Positions 1 to 8,886 of a DNA stretch of 48,483 nt are shown here, in pieces; position 1 is the stretch's first letter; each line of letters opens with the position of its first letter. Under the pieces are notes generated by a model that was not told where the DNA came from, did no database searches, and was given only the letters and a program-made list of their open reading frames with translations. This stretch comes from an uncultured Verrucomicrobiales bacterium. GTDB lineage: Bacteria; Pseudomonadota; Alphaproteobacteria; Paracaedibacterales; CAITNM01. Both the position numbers and the translations under genes were made by a program. The stretch is from the NCBI GenBank assembly GCA_964351815.1, contig CAYGPH010000001.1, positions 30,460 to 78,942 of the forward strand, read 5' to 3'.

Positions 1-82
1 AAAACATTGTTGTCAGATTGTTTTTTAAAAAATCATGTAAAATTATCTTTGGGTAAAAAAAAGCATTACTTGTTGCAAAAAA

Positions 83-113
83 AAGATTCCTAAAAAAATA
101 GGAATCTTTTTTT
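83..113. terminator. Hairpin flanked by A- and T-tracts (bidirectional intrinsic-terminator shape)
   Basis: aagattcct (83-91) is the exact reverse complement of aggaatctt (100-108). An A-run lies on the left and a T-run at 107-113 on the right. It sits just before the hook-operon promoter. Confidence 0.5.
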
Positions 114-190
114 AAAAGCATTGTATATTTTATAACTTAACATCTTAACCCACATCAAAATTTTAAAAATATTGCAACTTTATAATTTTT

Positions 191-206
191 TGGCATAACT
201 TTTGCT
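191..206 (+). promoter_or_regulatory. Candidate sigma-54 (-24/-12) promoter for fliK-flgD-flgE
   Basis: TGGCAT-aactt-TTGCT. GG (192-193) and GC (204-205) are separated by exactly 10 nt, matching TGGCAC-N5-TTGCW. It lies 35 nt upstream of the GTG at 240. Confidence 0.5.
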
Positions 207-239
207 TAATGAACCATAGAAAAACAATTTGTAATCTTC

Positions 240-1259
240 GTGGCAACGGTTCATTCGCATCAGGCTTATTCACAAACAAAGGTAGCGCAAAAAGCAGCGC
301 AAATTGCCCGTGATCAGCATTTGCGCCAGGATAATACAAACTTCAAGCTTCAACAGCAGAACCACCTTACTTTACCACCGTCAGTTCAGGAAAAGCCCCA
401 GGCTGCTGTTTGGGAAAACTTTAGTGAATACTTAAAAGGTAATGCACAGTCATCGGTGAATACTTTTCATGCTAATGCCATGGCTTTTAAAACGAACGCA
501 TTAGAACATCGGTTTTCACCCGGTAATAATATTGAAGAACAATTATTGAACACAAAAACTAGTACTGATGAAAAAAACACAGGTTTAGGCCAAAAAGTTC
601 AAGATAACAGCCAGATTAGACCTGTGGTGAATCAGCAAAAAGCCTTTCAAAATATGCTCCCCTTAAGTGATGTATTAATGCAAAGCCAAAATACAGGTGT
701 AATTACTAAGGGTACGCGCCAGGGCCAAACGCAACAATTTAAGCCTGTACAAAGCCAGATAAATCCGCACACAAGGGTAGAGCTTGATGCTTTTTCCCTA
801 GGGCTTGTCCAGGCTGTCAAAAGTAGTTCTTCCCAAAATTCCCAAACACAACAAGGTTTTGATTCATCTGAAGATGGTTTTGAATCTGATATCATGTTGC
901 GAAAAATTCCAGCTGATTCGCACACGGCAGAATTAGCATCAACCAATAAAGCAGATACTGTAAAAAAGCGCGAAGAGCTTGAAAGTATGAAAATGGTTGT
1001 GCAACAGTTCCAACAACAACTAAAGGCAAAACATCCACAAATTACTGTGGCTGTTCCTCACCCTGATGGCTTATTAGATATTAAGGTATTGTTTCAAAGT
1101 CAGAATAATTTAAGGGTTCTCTTTTCTGCCTCTAAACCAGAACTTATTCAACGTTTAGCACAGGAACAAAGTGATTTAGTTAAAGTTGCAACAAAGCATG
1201 GATACATCCTTGAACAGCAAAATATGAATTTTTCAATTTTAACACCCCATAAAACTTAA
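240..1259 (+). CDS. fliK: Flagellar hook-length control protein FliK-like (GTG start)
   Basis: Q/N/S-rich 339-aa ORF directly upstream of flgD-flgE. The C-terminal ~90 aa (ITVAVPHPDGLLDIKVLFQSQNNLRVLFSASKPELIQRLAQEQSDLVKVATKHGY) resembles the FliK C-terminal domain pattern. The call is largely positional. Confidence 0.55.
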   Translation: MATVHSHQAYSQTKVAQKAAQIARDQHLRQDNTNFKLQQQNHLTLPPSVQEKPQAAVWENFSEYLKGNAQSSVNTFHANAMAFKTNALEHRFSPGNNIEEQLLNTKTSTDEKNTGLGQKVQDNSQIRPVVNQQKAFQNMLPLSDVLMQSQNTGVITKGTRQGQTQQFKPVQSQINPHTRVELDAFSLGLVQAVKSSSSQNSQTQQGFDSSEDGFESDIMLRKIPADSHTAELASTNKADTVKKREELESMKMVVQQFQQQLKAKHPQITVAVPHPDGLLDIKVLFQSQNNLRVLFSASKPELIQRLAQEQSDLVKVATKHGYILEQQNMNFSILTPHKT

Positions 1260-1277
1260 TAACCTTAGGAGAATACA

Positions 1278-2084
1278 ATGCCCCAAACAACACCCGTTGG
1301 CCAAAGGAATATCGCAACCCTTATAGGTGCTAGTGAATATAAACCGAAAAGCAATGTCGACCAGGCTATTAGTCCTTCTAAAGTAAGTGACAACCCCAAT
1401 AGTATTCATCAATTTCGGGATGAAAATCCTACGGCAAAAGAAATTCGTAAGAATATGGAAGGAATGCGAACGGTAATGATTACCTATGCAAAAAATCGTG
1501 TGCCATTAGGGGAAGATAAGTTTAACAGTAGCGATATGTTTCGAAACATAATAGATATGCTTAAGGCATCGGAAAATATGCATTTGGTGATGATGCAGCA
1601 GCAACAAAATGAGCTTAGTCAACAGCAGCTATACGTGGATATGAACAAAAATATTAGTGATCATGGTTTTGATGGCTTAATTGCCGATGAATCTATCGAT
1701 TTTGATGGTGAGAATGCTACAAAATTTGCCCTTATGGTACCAAAAGATATATCTGCCTTAGAAATTATAGTTGGTAATGAAGCAGGGCGTGCCGTTAATT
1801 CCTATGTTATAGAAAATCCTACCCATGGGCTTTTGGAAAAACAATGGGATGGTTTAAATGATGAAAATGAAAAAGTTTCAGCTGGAAAATACAGGGTTCA
1901 CGCCCATTATCGTGATCAAGATGATGATTTAGTTCCCATAGAAGTCTATACGCGGAATGTTGTCGATGAACTCCGTTACCTTGACCTTGATAAAGGTGGG
2001 CAGCCTGTATACTACAGTAAAGGAAAACCCGTGAAGAATATCATTGCTACATATGCAAAAAATGCTGTAACAACAAGGGGATAA
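1278..2084 (+). CDS. flgD: Flagellar hook capping/assembly protein FlgD
   Basis: An aggaga RBS lies upstream of the ATG. The C-terminal Ig-like FlgD signature is KQWDGLNDENEKVSAGKYRV (canonical WDGkD.nG..l..G.Y). The gene lies between fliK and flgE. Confidence 0.65.
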   Translation: MPQTTPVGQRNIATLIGASEYKPKSNVDQAISPSKVSDNPNSIHQFRDENPTAKEIRKNMEGMRTVMITYAKNRVPLGEDKFNSSDMFRNIIDMLKASENMHLVMMQQQQNELSQQQLYVDMNKNISDHGFDGLIADESIDFDGENATKFALMVPKDISALEIIVGNEAGRAVNSYVIENPTHGLLEKQWDGLNDENEKVSAGKYRVHAHYRDQDDDLVPIEVYTRNVVDELRYLDLDKGGQPVYYSKGKPVKNIIATYAKNAVTTRG

Positions 2085-2087
2085 GTT

Positions 2088-3413
2088 ATGACCTCTAGTA
2101 TTAATACGTCACTTAATCGCGATGCTGTAGCTTTAATTCAACTTGCTGCTGCTACAGGCGATACAGCCCATAACTTAGCAGCGGAACAAACCATAGCAGG
2201 CAGGGAACGTGAAACCTTTTTGGCTATGTACCACTCTAGAAGTCGGTCAGATGCACCTGGGCATTTAGATGGGGCAACGCGTTATCATATTCGTGGTGCA
2301 GGTGCGCCAATGCAATCGGGTGTGAATACCCATTTAGCTTTGGGGGGAGAAGCGAGCTTTTTTCCAGTATATGGCCAAAATGATAATACGAATTTGCAAA
2401 TGACCCGCATTGGTTCATTTTCAAGAAATAATAATAACGAATATGAAAACCACTTTGGTATGCGTTTAGGCTATATTCCCGTTGCTAGTGATGGAAGTTT
2501 CCCAGCAACAGTTAGTGCAACAGATTTTCAAGTGCTAAATGCACAAGCATTATCTTCAGCAAGCCAACCGACTACGACTATTGAATGTCGTGCAGGATTA
2601 AATGGTAATATTGGCGATGTTGTTACTAAAGGGCATAATGTCTACGATTCATCGGGCACACCAAGAACCCTTATTCATAATTTTGAGCGCGTGAGCACAG
2701 CCGTTGCGAATACCCAGCTTTGGCGGGTTTCCGTTCATCCACCAACGGGTTCAACGGTTACAAATTATTTAAGCCCTACAGCACCTTTAACAGATGCACT
2801 ATTCATTGAATTTGCCAGCAATGGTAAGCCTACGCGCTACTTACTTGGAGACCCAGCAGGCGCACACACAGTTTTAGCAGACTCTTCAAACAATACAAAG
2901 CCAGTTATTGATTTAACCTGGCCAGTGGGAAGTGGTGCAGGTAATTCAACTTTTTCTTTAGATTACGGTGATCCTGAATCAACAACGGGGCTTATTACCA
3001 TTGCTTCTGGTCAATCACGCTTGCAAGTTAAAAGTGATGGTTATCCAGCTGGCGAATTTGTTGATCTTGATGTTGCAAAAGATGGTACCCTTACGGCTCG
3101 CTTTGACAATGGCCCAGCCCGCGTTATTGGTAAAATTGCCGTAGGTATGGTCAACAACCCGGATGGAATGAATCTATCTGAAAATGGAGTATTATCCCCA
3201 TTTGCACCAAAATCAGGAGATTTATTTTTTCGTTACCTAGGCAGCGGCAATGTTGGTGAGGTGTCATCTGGTGCCCTTGAGGGAGCAACAGTTGAAGTGA
3301 TCCGCGAGATGTCTAAGATGATTACCCGAGAACAGCAGTTCAACAACATTGCTACTTCTGCGAATACAAAAGTACGCATGTGGAATGCCATAAACACTAT
3401 TAATCGTGGTTAA
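2088..3413 (+). CDS. flgE: Flagellar hook protein FlgE (divergent)
   Basis: Contains HLALGGEASFFPV...TRIGSFSRNNNNEYENHFGMRLGY (cf. DLAI.G.GFF.V...YTR.G.F) and DGYPAGEFVDLDVAKDGTLTARFDNGPARVIGKIAVGMVNNPDGM. The C-terminal rod/hook motif is SGALEGATVEVIREMSKMITREQQFNNIA. It follows flgD. Confidence 0.8.
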   Translation: MTSSINTSLNRDAVALIQLAAATGDTAHNLAAEQTIAGRERETFLAMYHSRSRSDAPGHLDGATRYHIRGAGAPMQSGVNTHLALGGEASFFPVYGQNDNTNLQMTRIGSFSRNNNNEYENHFGMRLGYIPVASDGSFPATVSATDFQVLNAQALSSASQPTTTIECRAGLNGNIGDVVTKGHNVYDSSGTPRTLIHNFERVSTAVANTQLWRVSVHPPTGSTVTNYLSPTAPLTDALFIEFASNGKPTRYLLGDPAGAHTVLADSSNNTKPVIDLTWPVGSGAGNSTFSLDYGDPESTTGLITIASGQSRLQVKSDGYPAGEFVDLDVAKDGTLTARFDNGPARVIGKIAVGMVNNPDGMNLSENGVLSPFAPKSGDLFFRYLGSGNVGEVSSGALEGATVEVIREMSKMITREQQFNNIATSANTKVRMWNAINTINRG

Positions 3414-4185
3414 TTTTTAGTGCGTCTCTTTTTTTATAATACAGTTCAAAGAGCTTAGCTTCTTTCATGAAAACATAAAATGCAACAACTTGTGCATGAA
3501 TAAAACCTTGCCAGCCATTGAGAAAATATCGTTTTAAAAAATACATTTTAATAAAATTAAACATTGGTAGTAAAAGTAAGCGTAGGAATTTAGGTTTTTT
3601 GTTTTGGGAAAGTTTGTATTCTGCGGCTAGGGAAGAATAAACATTATTTTTTTCAACAAGCTTGGAAATGGAATCTAAACCATGATGAATAATTAACCCC
3701 TTAATATCCTCAACTTGCCCTTTGATTACAATCGATTCATGCACTAAACGTTGCGTGTCATAGTGCCCTTGCGATTTTTTAAAAAAACGTAATTTTTTGT
3801 TATGCTTGGTTAAAGGATGAAAAGGTTTACCAATAAACACCTCACATAGGGGGGTTCGAAACCCGTTAGATGTTTGTTTTTCCGATATTATACGAACTAT
3901 TTCGTCTTTAAAGGTTTGGTTAATTTCTTCGTCGGCATCAAGATTTAATACCCATTCTTTGGTGCATAAGCTTAAGGCAAAAGACTTTTGTTTAGCAAAG
4001 CCCTGCCAAGGGTGGTTGTGAATATGAACATTGCTAAAAGTTTTTGCAATTTCTAAAGTTTTATCAGTACTTCCACTATCGACAAGAATTACCTCTGCAA
4101 AGTTTTCTATATTTTTAAGTAGCCTAGGAATATGCTTTTCTTCATTAAAACAAATAATATAAACGGAACAATCAATTACGCGCAT
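3400..4185 (-). CDS. Family 2 (GT-A) glycosyltransferase
   Basis: Contains VYIICFNEEKHIPRLLKNI...VILVDSGSTDKT and the DxD motif LNLDADEEI. Its 3' end overlaps the flgE 3' end by 14 nt (convergent). Confidence 0.8.
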   Translation of the reverse strand: MRVIDCSVYIICFNEEKHIPRLLKNIENFAEVILVDSGSTDKTLEIAKTFSNVHIHNHPWQGFAKQKSFALSLCTKEWVLNLDADEEINQTFKDEIVRIISEKQTSNGFRTPLCEVFIGKPFHPLTKHNKKLRFFKKSQGHYDTQRLVHESIVIKGQVEDIKGLIIHHGLDSISKLVEKNNVYSSLAAEYKLSQNKKPKFLRLLLLPMFNFIKMYFLKRYFLNGWQGFIHAQVVAFYVFMKEAKLFELYYKKRDALKINHD

Positions 4186-4211
4186 AGAAGCTTGTTACCT
4201 TAACTTTTGTT

Positions 4212-6122
4212 CTAAAATAAATCTTGGAACCATCGGCCAACTTTTGCAAAAAAACTAGTTTGAGTATCAGCTGCGTCTTGGTCTGCAGGCGTTTGCGTTC
4301 CTTGATCTTTATCATTTGTAGTATTTGGTGACCAAGCTAATGCAATCACATTACTTCCTACTTCGGGATTAATTTTTGGATGTTGCATTTTATCCACCCA
4401 ATAGGCCCAACGGTCTTTGTTATCATAAAACATCAATACCTGGTAATACATGTTACATATGTAGCGATCAAAAATTCTAGCATTTACGATTAAATCTTCA
4501 ATGTTACGACTGTTTGCTAGCCGTTTTGCTAAGGTGTCTGCGGTTTTATCACTAAGACCCATATAATTACTACTACCTGGCACATTTGCTGTGTCAGTAC
4601 CAAAAAAGTAAACTTGTTCATTACCGGGGGAATTACTATTCGCCCAAGTATGAATTATCATGTCAAAATCCCTATCATTTACACGGTTTTCGTATTGAGT
4701 CGTTTCTATATATTTTGCTTTTAGGGTAATACCTACCTTTTTTAAGGTTTTTCCAAAGGATAATACAATTTTTTCAAGCTTTGGATCCTTATACATAAGT
4801 TCCAGTTCAAGTTTTTCTCCCTTGTCATTGATGCATATCCCATCTTTAATTTGCCAACCTGCTTCAGAAAGTAAACGCTGGGCCTGGGATAGGTTTTCCC
4901 TTAATAGGTTAGGGGTAGATGTATCAGGGATTTCGTAGCCATCAAGTATCATTTGTTGATAGGGATAACCAATTTCTTTCTCATAAAGTTTTAGTGTTTC
5001 TTTTGCGCCTATATCGGCAGGGCCACTATGTGCAAGATTTGTATTTGCAAACAAACTGCCTGCGGGCTTCATTTCCCCAGAAAACACCATACGATTAATT
5101 GTATCGAAATCAAAGCTTATGCTAATAGCTTTTCTTACCTTAGGATCCTTAAAAATTGGCTTTTTCATGTTATAAATAATACTTCGCACGGCTACAGGTC
5201 TTTTATGTTCAAGATCAACCTTTTTTACCTTACCGCTTGTTAAAGCATTAAACTTATAGGCTGATTGCCAATGGGTAGGGTTTGTTTCAAAGTAAACATC
5301 GAATTCACCGGCAGTGAAAGCCTGAAACTGGGCTTGGGTCGTTTTATAGTAATCAATTTTAATATTATCAAAATTGTACTTCCCTTTTTGCGTAGGGTGT
5401 TCCTTAGCCCAGTAGTTTTTAACCCTTTCATAAACAATGGTGCGGCCAGGGATAATTTCTTTAATTTTGTAAGGTCCTGAACCAATAATTTGGTTTTTAG
5501 GTGAAGTTGAAAAAGTTGAAATTTCTTTTCCGCGTAATTGGTACGAAGGCAGCGGCCGGCACAGGGCTAGGTTAAAAGGTAGTTCAGGGTTAAAGGTACC
5601 ATTTTCTTCAGGTTTCAAATATAGGGTAATAGTATGTTCATCTGGCGTTTCTATGCGCGAAATTTTACTGTAATAGTTACGATAAACTGGCAAGCCATGT
5701 TTTGCTAGATGTTCATAGGTAAATTGTACATCATAAGATGTAATCGGATTACCATCGTGAAAGCGTGCTGCTTTGTTAATTTTAAACGTAACCGAACTAG
5801 CGTTATGGGCAATTTCAACGGACTCTGCAACCAAACCGTACAGGGCAAAAGGTTCTTCTGGGTTTCGGTACATTAAAGGTGCAAAGCAGATGTTAAGCAT
5901 ACCTTGGGCTTTAATTCCTTTAATAGAATGGGGATTTGCCGTATCAAATGTACCAATAGTTGCAAGGGTCAATTGCCCGCCTTTGGGTGCATTTGGATTA
6001 GCGTAGGAAAAATTGGTGAAATCCACACTATACTTTGGGGCACTAAACCTTGCCATTGCATGGGAATATTCTGCACTTATTTGCGTTGCAATACTAATTA
6101 CAATTATGAAAAAAATACGCAT
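4212..6122 (-). CDS. ABC transporter substrate-binding protein, family 5 (YejA/OppA-like), orphan
   Basis: Has a signal peptide, the motif YANPNAPKGGQLTLATIGTFDTANP, and a length and pattern typical of YejA-type SBPs. No permease or ATPase gene is adjacent. Confidence 0.8.
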   Translation of the reverse strand: MRIFFIIVISIATQISAEYSHAMARFSAPKYSVDFTNFSYANPNAPKGGQLTLATIGTFDTANPHSIKGIKAQGMLNICFAPLMYRNPEEPFALYGLVAESVEIAHNASSVTFKINKAARFHDGNPITSYDVQFTYEHLAKHGLPVYRNYYSKISRIETPDEHTITLYLKPEENGTFNPELPFNLALCRPLPSYQLRGKEISTFSTSPKNQIIGSGPYKIKEIIPGRTIVYERVKNYWAKEHPTQKGKYNFDNIKIDYYKTTQAQFQAFTAGEFDVYFETNPTHWQSAYKFNALTSGKVKKVDLEHKRPVAVRSIIYNMKKPIFKDPKVRKAISISFDFDTINRMVFSGEMKPAGSLFANTNLAHSGPADIGAKETLKLYEKEIGYPYQQMILDGYEIPDTSTPNLLRENLSQAQRLLSEAGWQIKDGICINDKGEKLELELMYKDPKLEKIVLSFGKTLKKVGITLKAKYIETTQYENRVNDRDFDMIIHTWANSNSPGNEQVYFFGTDTANVPGSSNYMGLSDKTADTLAKRLANSRNIEDLIVNARIFDRYICNMYYQVLMFYDNKDRWAYWVDKMQHPKINPEVGSNVIALAWSPNTTNDKDQGTQTPADQDAADTQTSFFAKVGRWFQDLF

Positions 6123-6274
6123 GGGGAATATATTATTTTTAGATATATTGATAAATTAACTTCTTTTTTAACAAAATACCACCGTTTAAATAAAAATTAG
6201 TTGTTTATTTTCTTGCAATTTATATTTTTGTTTATTATGTAATAAATATAATTTCAAAAACAGATGTTAATAAT

Positions 6275-7423
6275 ATGAAAAAAATTTGTTTCACTTTTAT
6301 CGTTGCATGTAGTTTTAACCTTTTTGCTAGCCAAACGGATATAGATGATTTTATCAATGACGTAAGCCAAGGTGCTCCAACTTATGGTGGGAAGCAATCA
6401 AGCCTAGAAGTTTGTTTAAGGAAAAACACCACTTCAGAAAATTATAGTGCTGTAAAAAGCGTGTACGAACAACTGCCTGATTATTTAAAGACTAGTAAAA
6501 TTAAAAAACATTGTTTATATTCCGGTCTTCTAGAAACTGTGTTTCAAGCTCTAGAACATGATGCAACAGATAAATTAGATAGTATCATTAAATCCTTACC
6601 CCAGAAATACAATGATCTTTCAAACGTACTTAGTTTGTTTAATAATTATAATAGGATTGATATTAATGAATTTTTGATAACAGTTGAAGGTAAGTTAAAA
6701 GATTTAACATCTACCTTAAAGCAACGACCTTCAGCGTATTATGCTACACAACAACGATCTGTTCTAAGTTTGCAACAATTATGGTTTAATCATAGCCCAA
6801 TAGTAAAATTATTCCAGGGTAGGTTTGGCAAAATACCCAATAATAGCTATGCCCAAATACTATATCGTTTAACCTCTAAATCAACTACTATCACACAAGC
6901 TAAAAGGCGACAGTTTTTCGATATGCTTGAAAAACACTTGGAATTTATCGATCATTATATGCTCTTTGAAAGTTTTTTTGATGCTGTAATGTTGATACCC
7001 TACTTTCAGGAAGACGGTTCAACTTATGGAGAAAGGCAATATTTAAATCTTTGTCAAACAATAGATGGTATATGTAAATACATTGCTGAATCTGGTTATA
7101 ACCCTAACTTTACTGATTTAAGAATTCGTATTCTTGAGCGTTGCAATACGTTAACTAACGGCCATTGTGAAAGTAAGGAATTTTTAAGACTTTATCGAAA
7201 GTTTACAGACAGTGTAGAATTTTCTTGCACAAGTAGGTCTTTAATTATTAGAGATTGTTTTACCTTGTTAACAGCTATTGAACCAAAAAAACTACTTTTT
7301 GCGGAAAATATAGTTGACCACAACCCAGAACTTTTAAAGGATCTTTACAAAAATACTTTTTATCTTGAAAACCCTCAAACAGTTACTTTTATTAGTATGT
7401 GCAATGGTTTACAAGCACAGTAA
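6275..7423 (+). CDS. Hypothetical secreted Cys-rich protein (ORFan)
   Basis: Clear ORF with signal peptide MKKICFTFIVACSFNLFASQ. About 11 Cys are spread through an otherwise helical-looking sequence. I recognise no family. Confidence 0.6.
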   Translation: MKKICFTFIVACSFNLFASQTDIDDFINDVSQGAPTYGGKQSSLEVCLRKNTTSENYSAVKSVYEQLPDYLKTSKIKKHCLYSGLLETVFQALEHDATDKLDSIIKSLPQKYNDLSNVLSLFNNYNRIDINEFLITVEGKLKDLTSTLKQRPSAYYATQQRSVLSLQQLWFNHSPIVKLFQGRFGKIPNNSYAQILYRLTSKSTTITQAKRRQFFDMLEKHLEFIDHYMLFESFFDAVMLIPYFQEDGSTYGERQYLNLCQTIDGICKYIAESGYNPNFTDLRIRILERCNTLTNGHCESKEFLRLYRKFTDSVEFSCTSRSLIIRDCFTLLTAIEPKKLLFAENIVDHNPELLKDLYKNTFYLENPQTVTFISMCNGLQAQ

Positions 7424-7448
7424 GTTGTTGCCCGAAACATAAGCAGGG

Positions 7449-7511
7449 ATTTGAAGCTATTTCTTTTAACGTTTTACGAACCCCCCACTTCGTAATTTTT
7501 AGGCTTCAAAT
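7449..7511 (+). terminator. Nested hairpin / intrinsic terminator after the 6275-7423 gene
   Basis: Inner stem ttacgaa (7474-7480) pairs with ttcgtaa (7489-7495) and is followed by TTTTT (7496-7500). Outer stem atttgaagc (7449-7457) pairs with gcttcaaat (7503-7511). Confidence 0.55.
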
Positions 7512-7575
7512 TAACCTGAAAAAAAAGATATATTCTGCTAGTATCTGAATAATTTATATAACTGCTGAAAAAGTT

Positions 7576-8886
7576 GTGTTTTTAAATACGAATACCCAGG
7601 TTCCTTTAACGGTTAGCCAACTTTCAAACCAAATAAAAATAACCGTTGAATCAACCTTTCAGCAGGTTGAAGTTCAAGGGGAAATATCTGGTTTTAAACG
7701 CCATAGTTCTGGCCATAGCTATTTTGCCTTAAAAGATTCTGAAAGTGTACTAGATTGTGTAATGTGGCGTGGCACACCTTTAAACATACAACCCTGCGAT
7801 GGTATGGAAGTTGTGGCCCAAGGAAAAATAACCACCTATGGTGGGCGTTCAAAATATCAAATGGTTGTTAAATCACTTACCCATGCAGGCGAAGGTGCAC
7901 TTTTAAAACTTTTAGAGGAACGAAAAAAAGCTTTCCTTGCGGAAGGATTGTTTCAAAATCAGCGGCCCTTACCAAAGTTCCCATCAGTAATTGGAGTGAT
8001 AACTTCTGAAACCGGAGCTGTTATTCAAGATATACTTCACCGCCTAAGGGAACGTTTTCCCTGTACCGTTAAGCTTGTGCCAGTGGCTGTTCAAGGTGAA
8101 GCAGCTGCAGCGCAAATTGCTAAGGCAATTTATATTTTACAAGATGCCTCCCATAAAATAGATGTGATTATTGTTGCACGGGGTGGTGGTAGCCTTGAAG
8201 ACCTTTGGGCATTTAATGAAGAAGTTGTTGTTAGAGCCGTTGCAGCTTCAGCTATTCCGGTTGTTTCAGCGGTTGGTCATGAAACAGATACAACATTAAT
8301 TGATTATGCTGCAGATTTACGTGCTCCCACGCCGACTGCCGCAGCAGAGCTATGCACACCTGATCGTGTACAAATTTTAAGCCTTTTAAATCAGCAGGAA
8401 AACATTTTGTTACAGGGTAATCAACGGTTGTTTGAACGCCATAGGCTTTTGTTAGGCAACTTAATCCAACGTATGCCAGATTTACCGGCAATTGTTTATG
8501 ATAAAAGTCAGCGGCTAGATGAACGCTCAAGCCGTCTGCAGCGTATTATAGAACATCAATTGAACATGAAAAATCATAAGGTCATAGCCCAAAAATTATT
8601 ACCCCCAAGGCAGCAGTTACGCCAGTGCTCTGCAAATTTTCTAACACTACAAAGTGCCTTAAGCCGATCCATTGCCCAGTACCTAAAAAAGCAACAAGAT
8701 GCTGTAAAATGGTCAGCAATGATGCTAAGCCAGAACTCCTATCAACGTTCATTAGATCGTGGGTTTAGCCTAGTCCGCGTTGCCGGAAAACCAATTAAAA
8801 CTGCAGCAGCATTGCAAATGGCAGATATTGCCGATATTCAATTAAGTGATGGAAAAGTGACAGTTAGGCCTGTTGATAAGCAGTAA
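7576..8886 (+). CDS. xseA: Exodeoxyribonuclease VII large subunit (GTG start)
   Basis: N-terminus PLTVSQLSNQIKITVESTFQQVEVQGEISGFKRHSSGHSYFALKD, then IIVARGGGSLEDLWAFNEE and SAVGHETDTTLIDYAADLRAPTPTAAAE. Confidence 0.92.
   Translation: MFLNTNTQVPLTVSQLSNQIKITVESTFQQVEVQGEISGFKRHSSGHSYFALKDSESVLDCVMWRGTPLNIQPCDGMEVVAQGKITTYGGRSKYQMVVKSLTHAGEGALLKLLEERKKAFLAEGLFQNQRPLPKFPSVIGVITSETGAVIQDILHRLRERFPCTVKLVPVAVQGEAAAAQIAKAIYILQDASHKIDVIIVARGGGSLEDLWAFNEEVVVRAVAASAIPVVSAVGHETDTTLIDYAADLRAPTPTAAAELCTPDRVQILSLLNQQENILLQGNQRLFERHRLLLGNLIQRMPDLPAIVYDKSQRLDERSSRLQRIIEHQLNMKNHKVIAQKLLPPRQQLRQCSANFLTLQSALSRSIAQYLKKQQDAVKWSAMMLSQNSYQRSLDRGFSLVRVAGKPIKTAAALQMADIADIQLSDGKVTVRPVDKQ

Noticed and set aside
647-946. 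99-aa antisense ORF inside fliK. The same class includes 2236-2424, 5028-5243, 5240-5485, 5265-5480, 5773-6006, 5904-6200, 8252-8530, 9756-10082, 10588-10806, 11357-11599, 15085-15270, 16289-16486, 17925-18122, 18683-18955, 19309-19603, 21365-21571, 21808-22041, 23261-23482, 26103-26507, 26615-26815, 27606-27794, 30986-31171, 32030-32870, 33516-33755, 34072-34703, 35474-35698, 36563-36802, 38964-39381, 40242-40630, 41061-41261, 42994-43200 and 45446-45631.
   Set aside because: All are embedded in, or are alternative frames of, longer ORFs with clear family signatures. Their translations are Cys/Phe/Leu-rich nonsense typical of shadow frames in AT-rich DNA.
3853-3863. tRNA T-loop-like word GGTTCGAAACC
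   Set aside because: The flanks cannot form a T-stem or acceptor stem. It lies inside the well-supported GT2 coding frame (FRTPLCEVFIG). No other tRNA-like segment was seen in the window.
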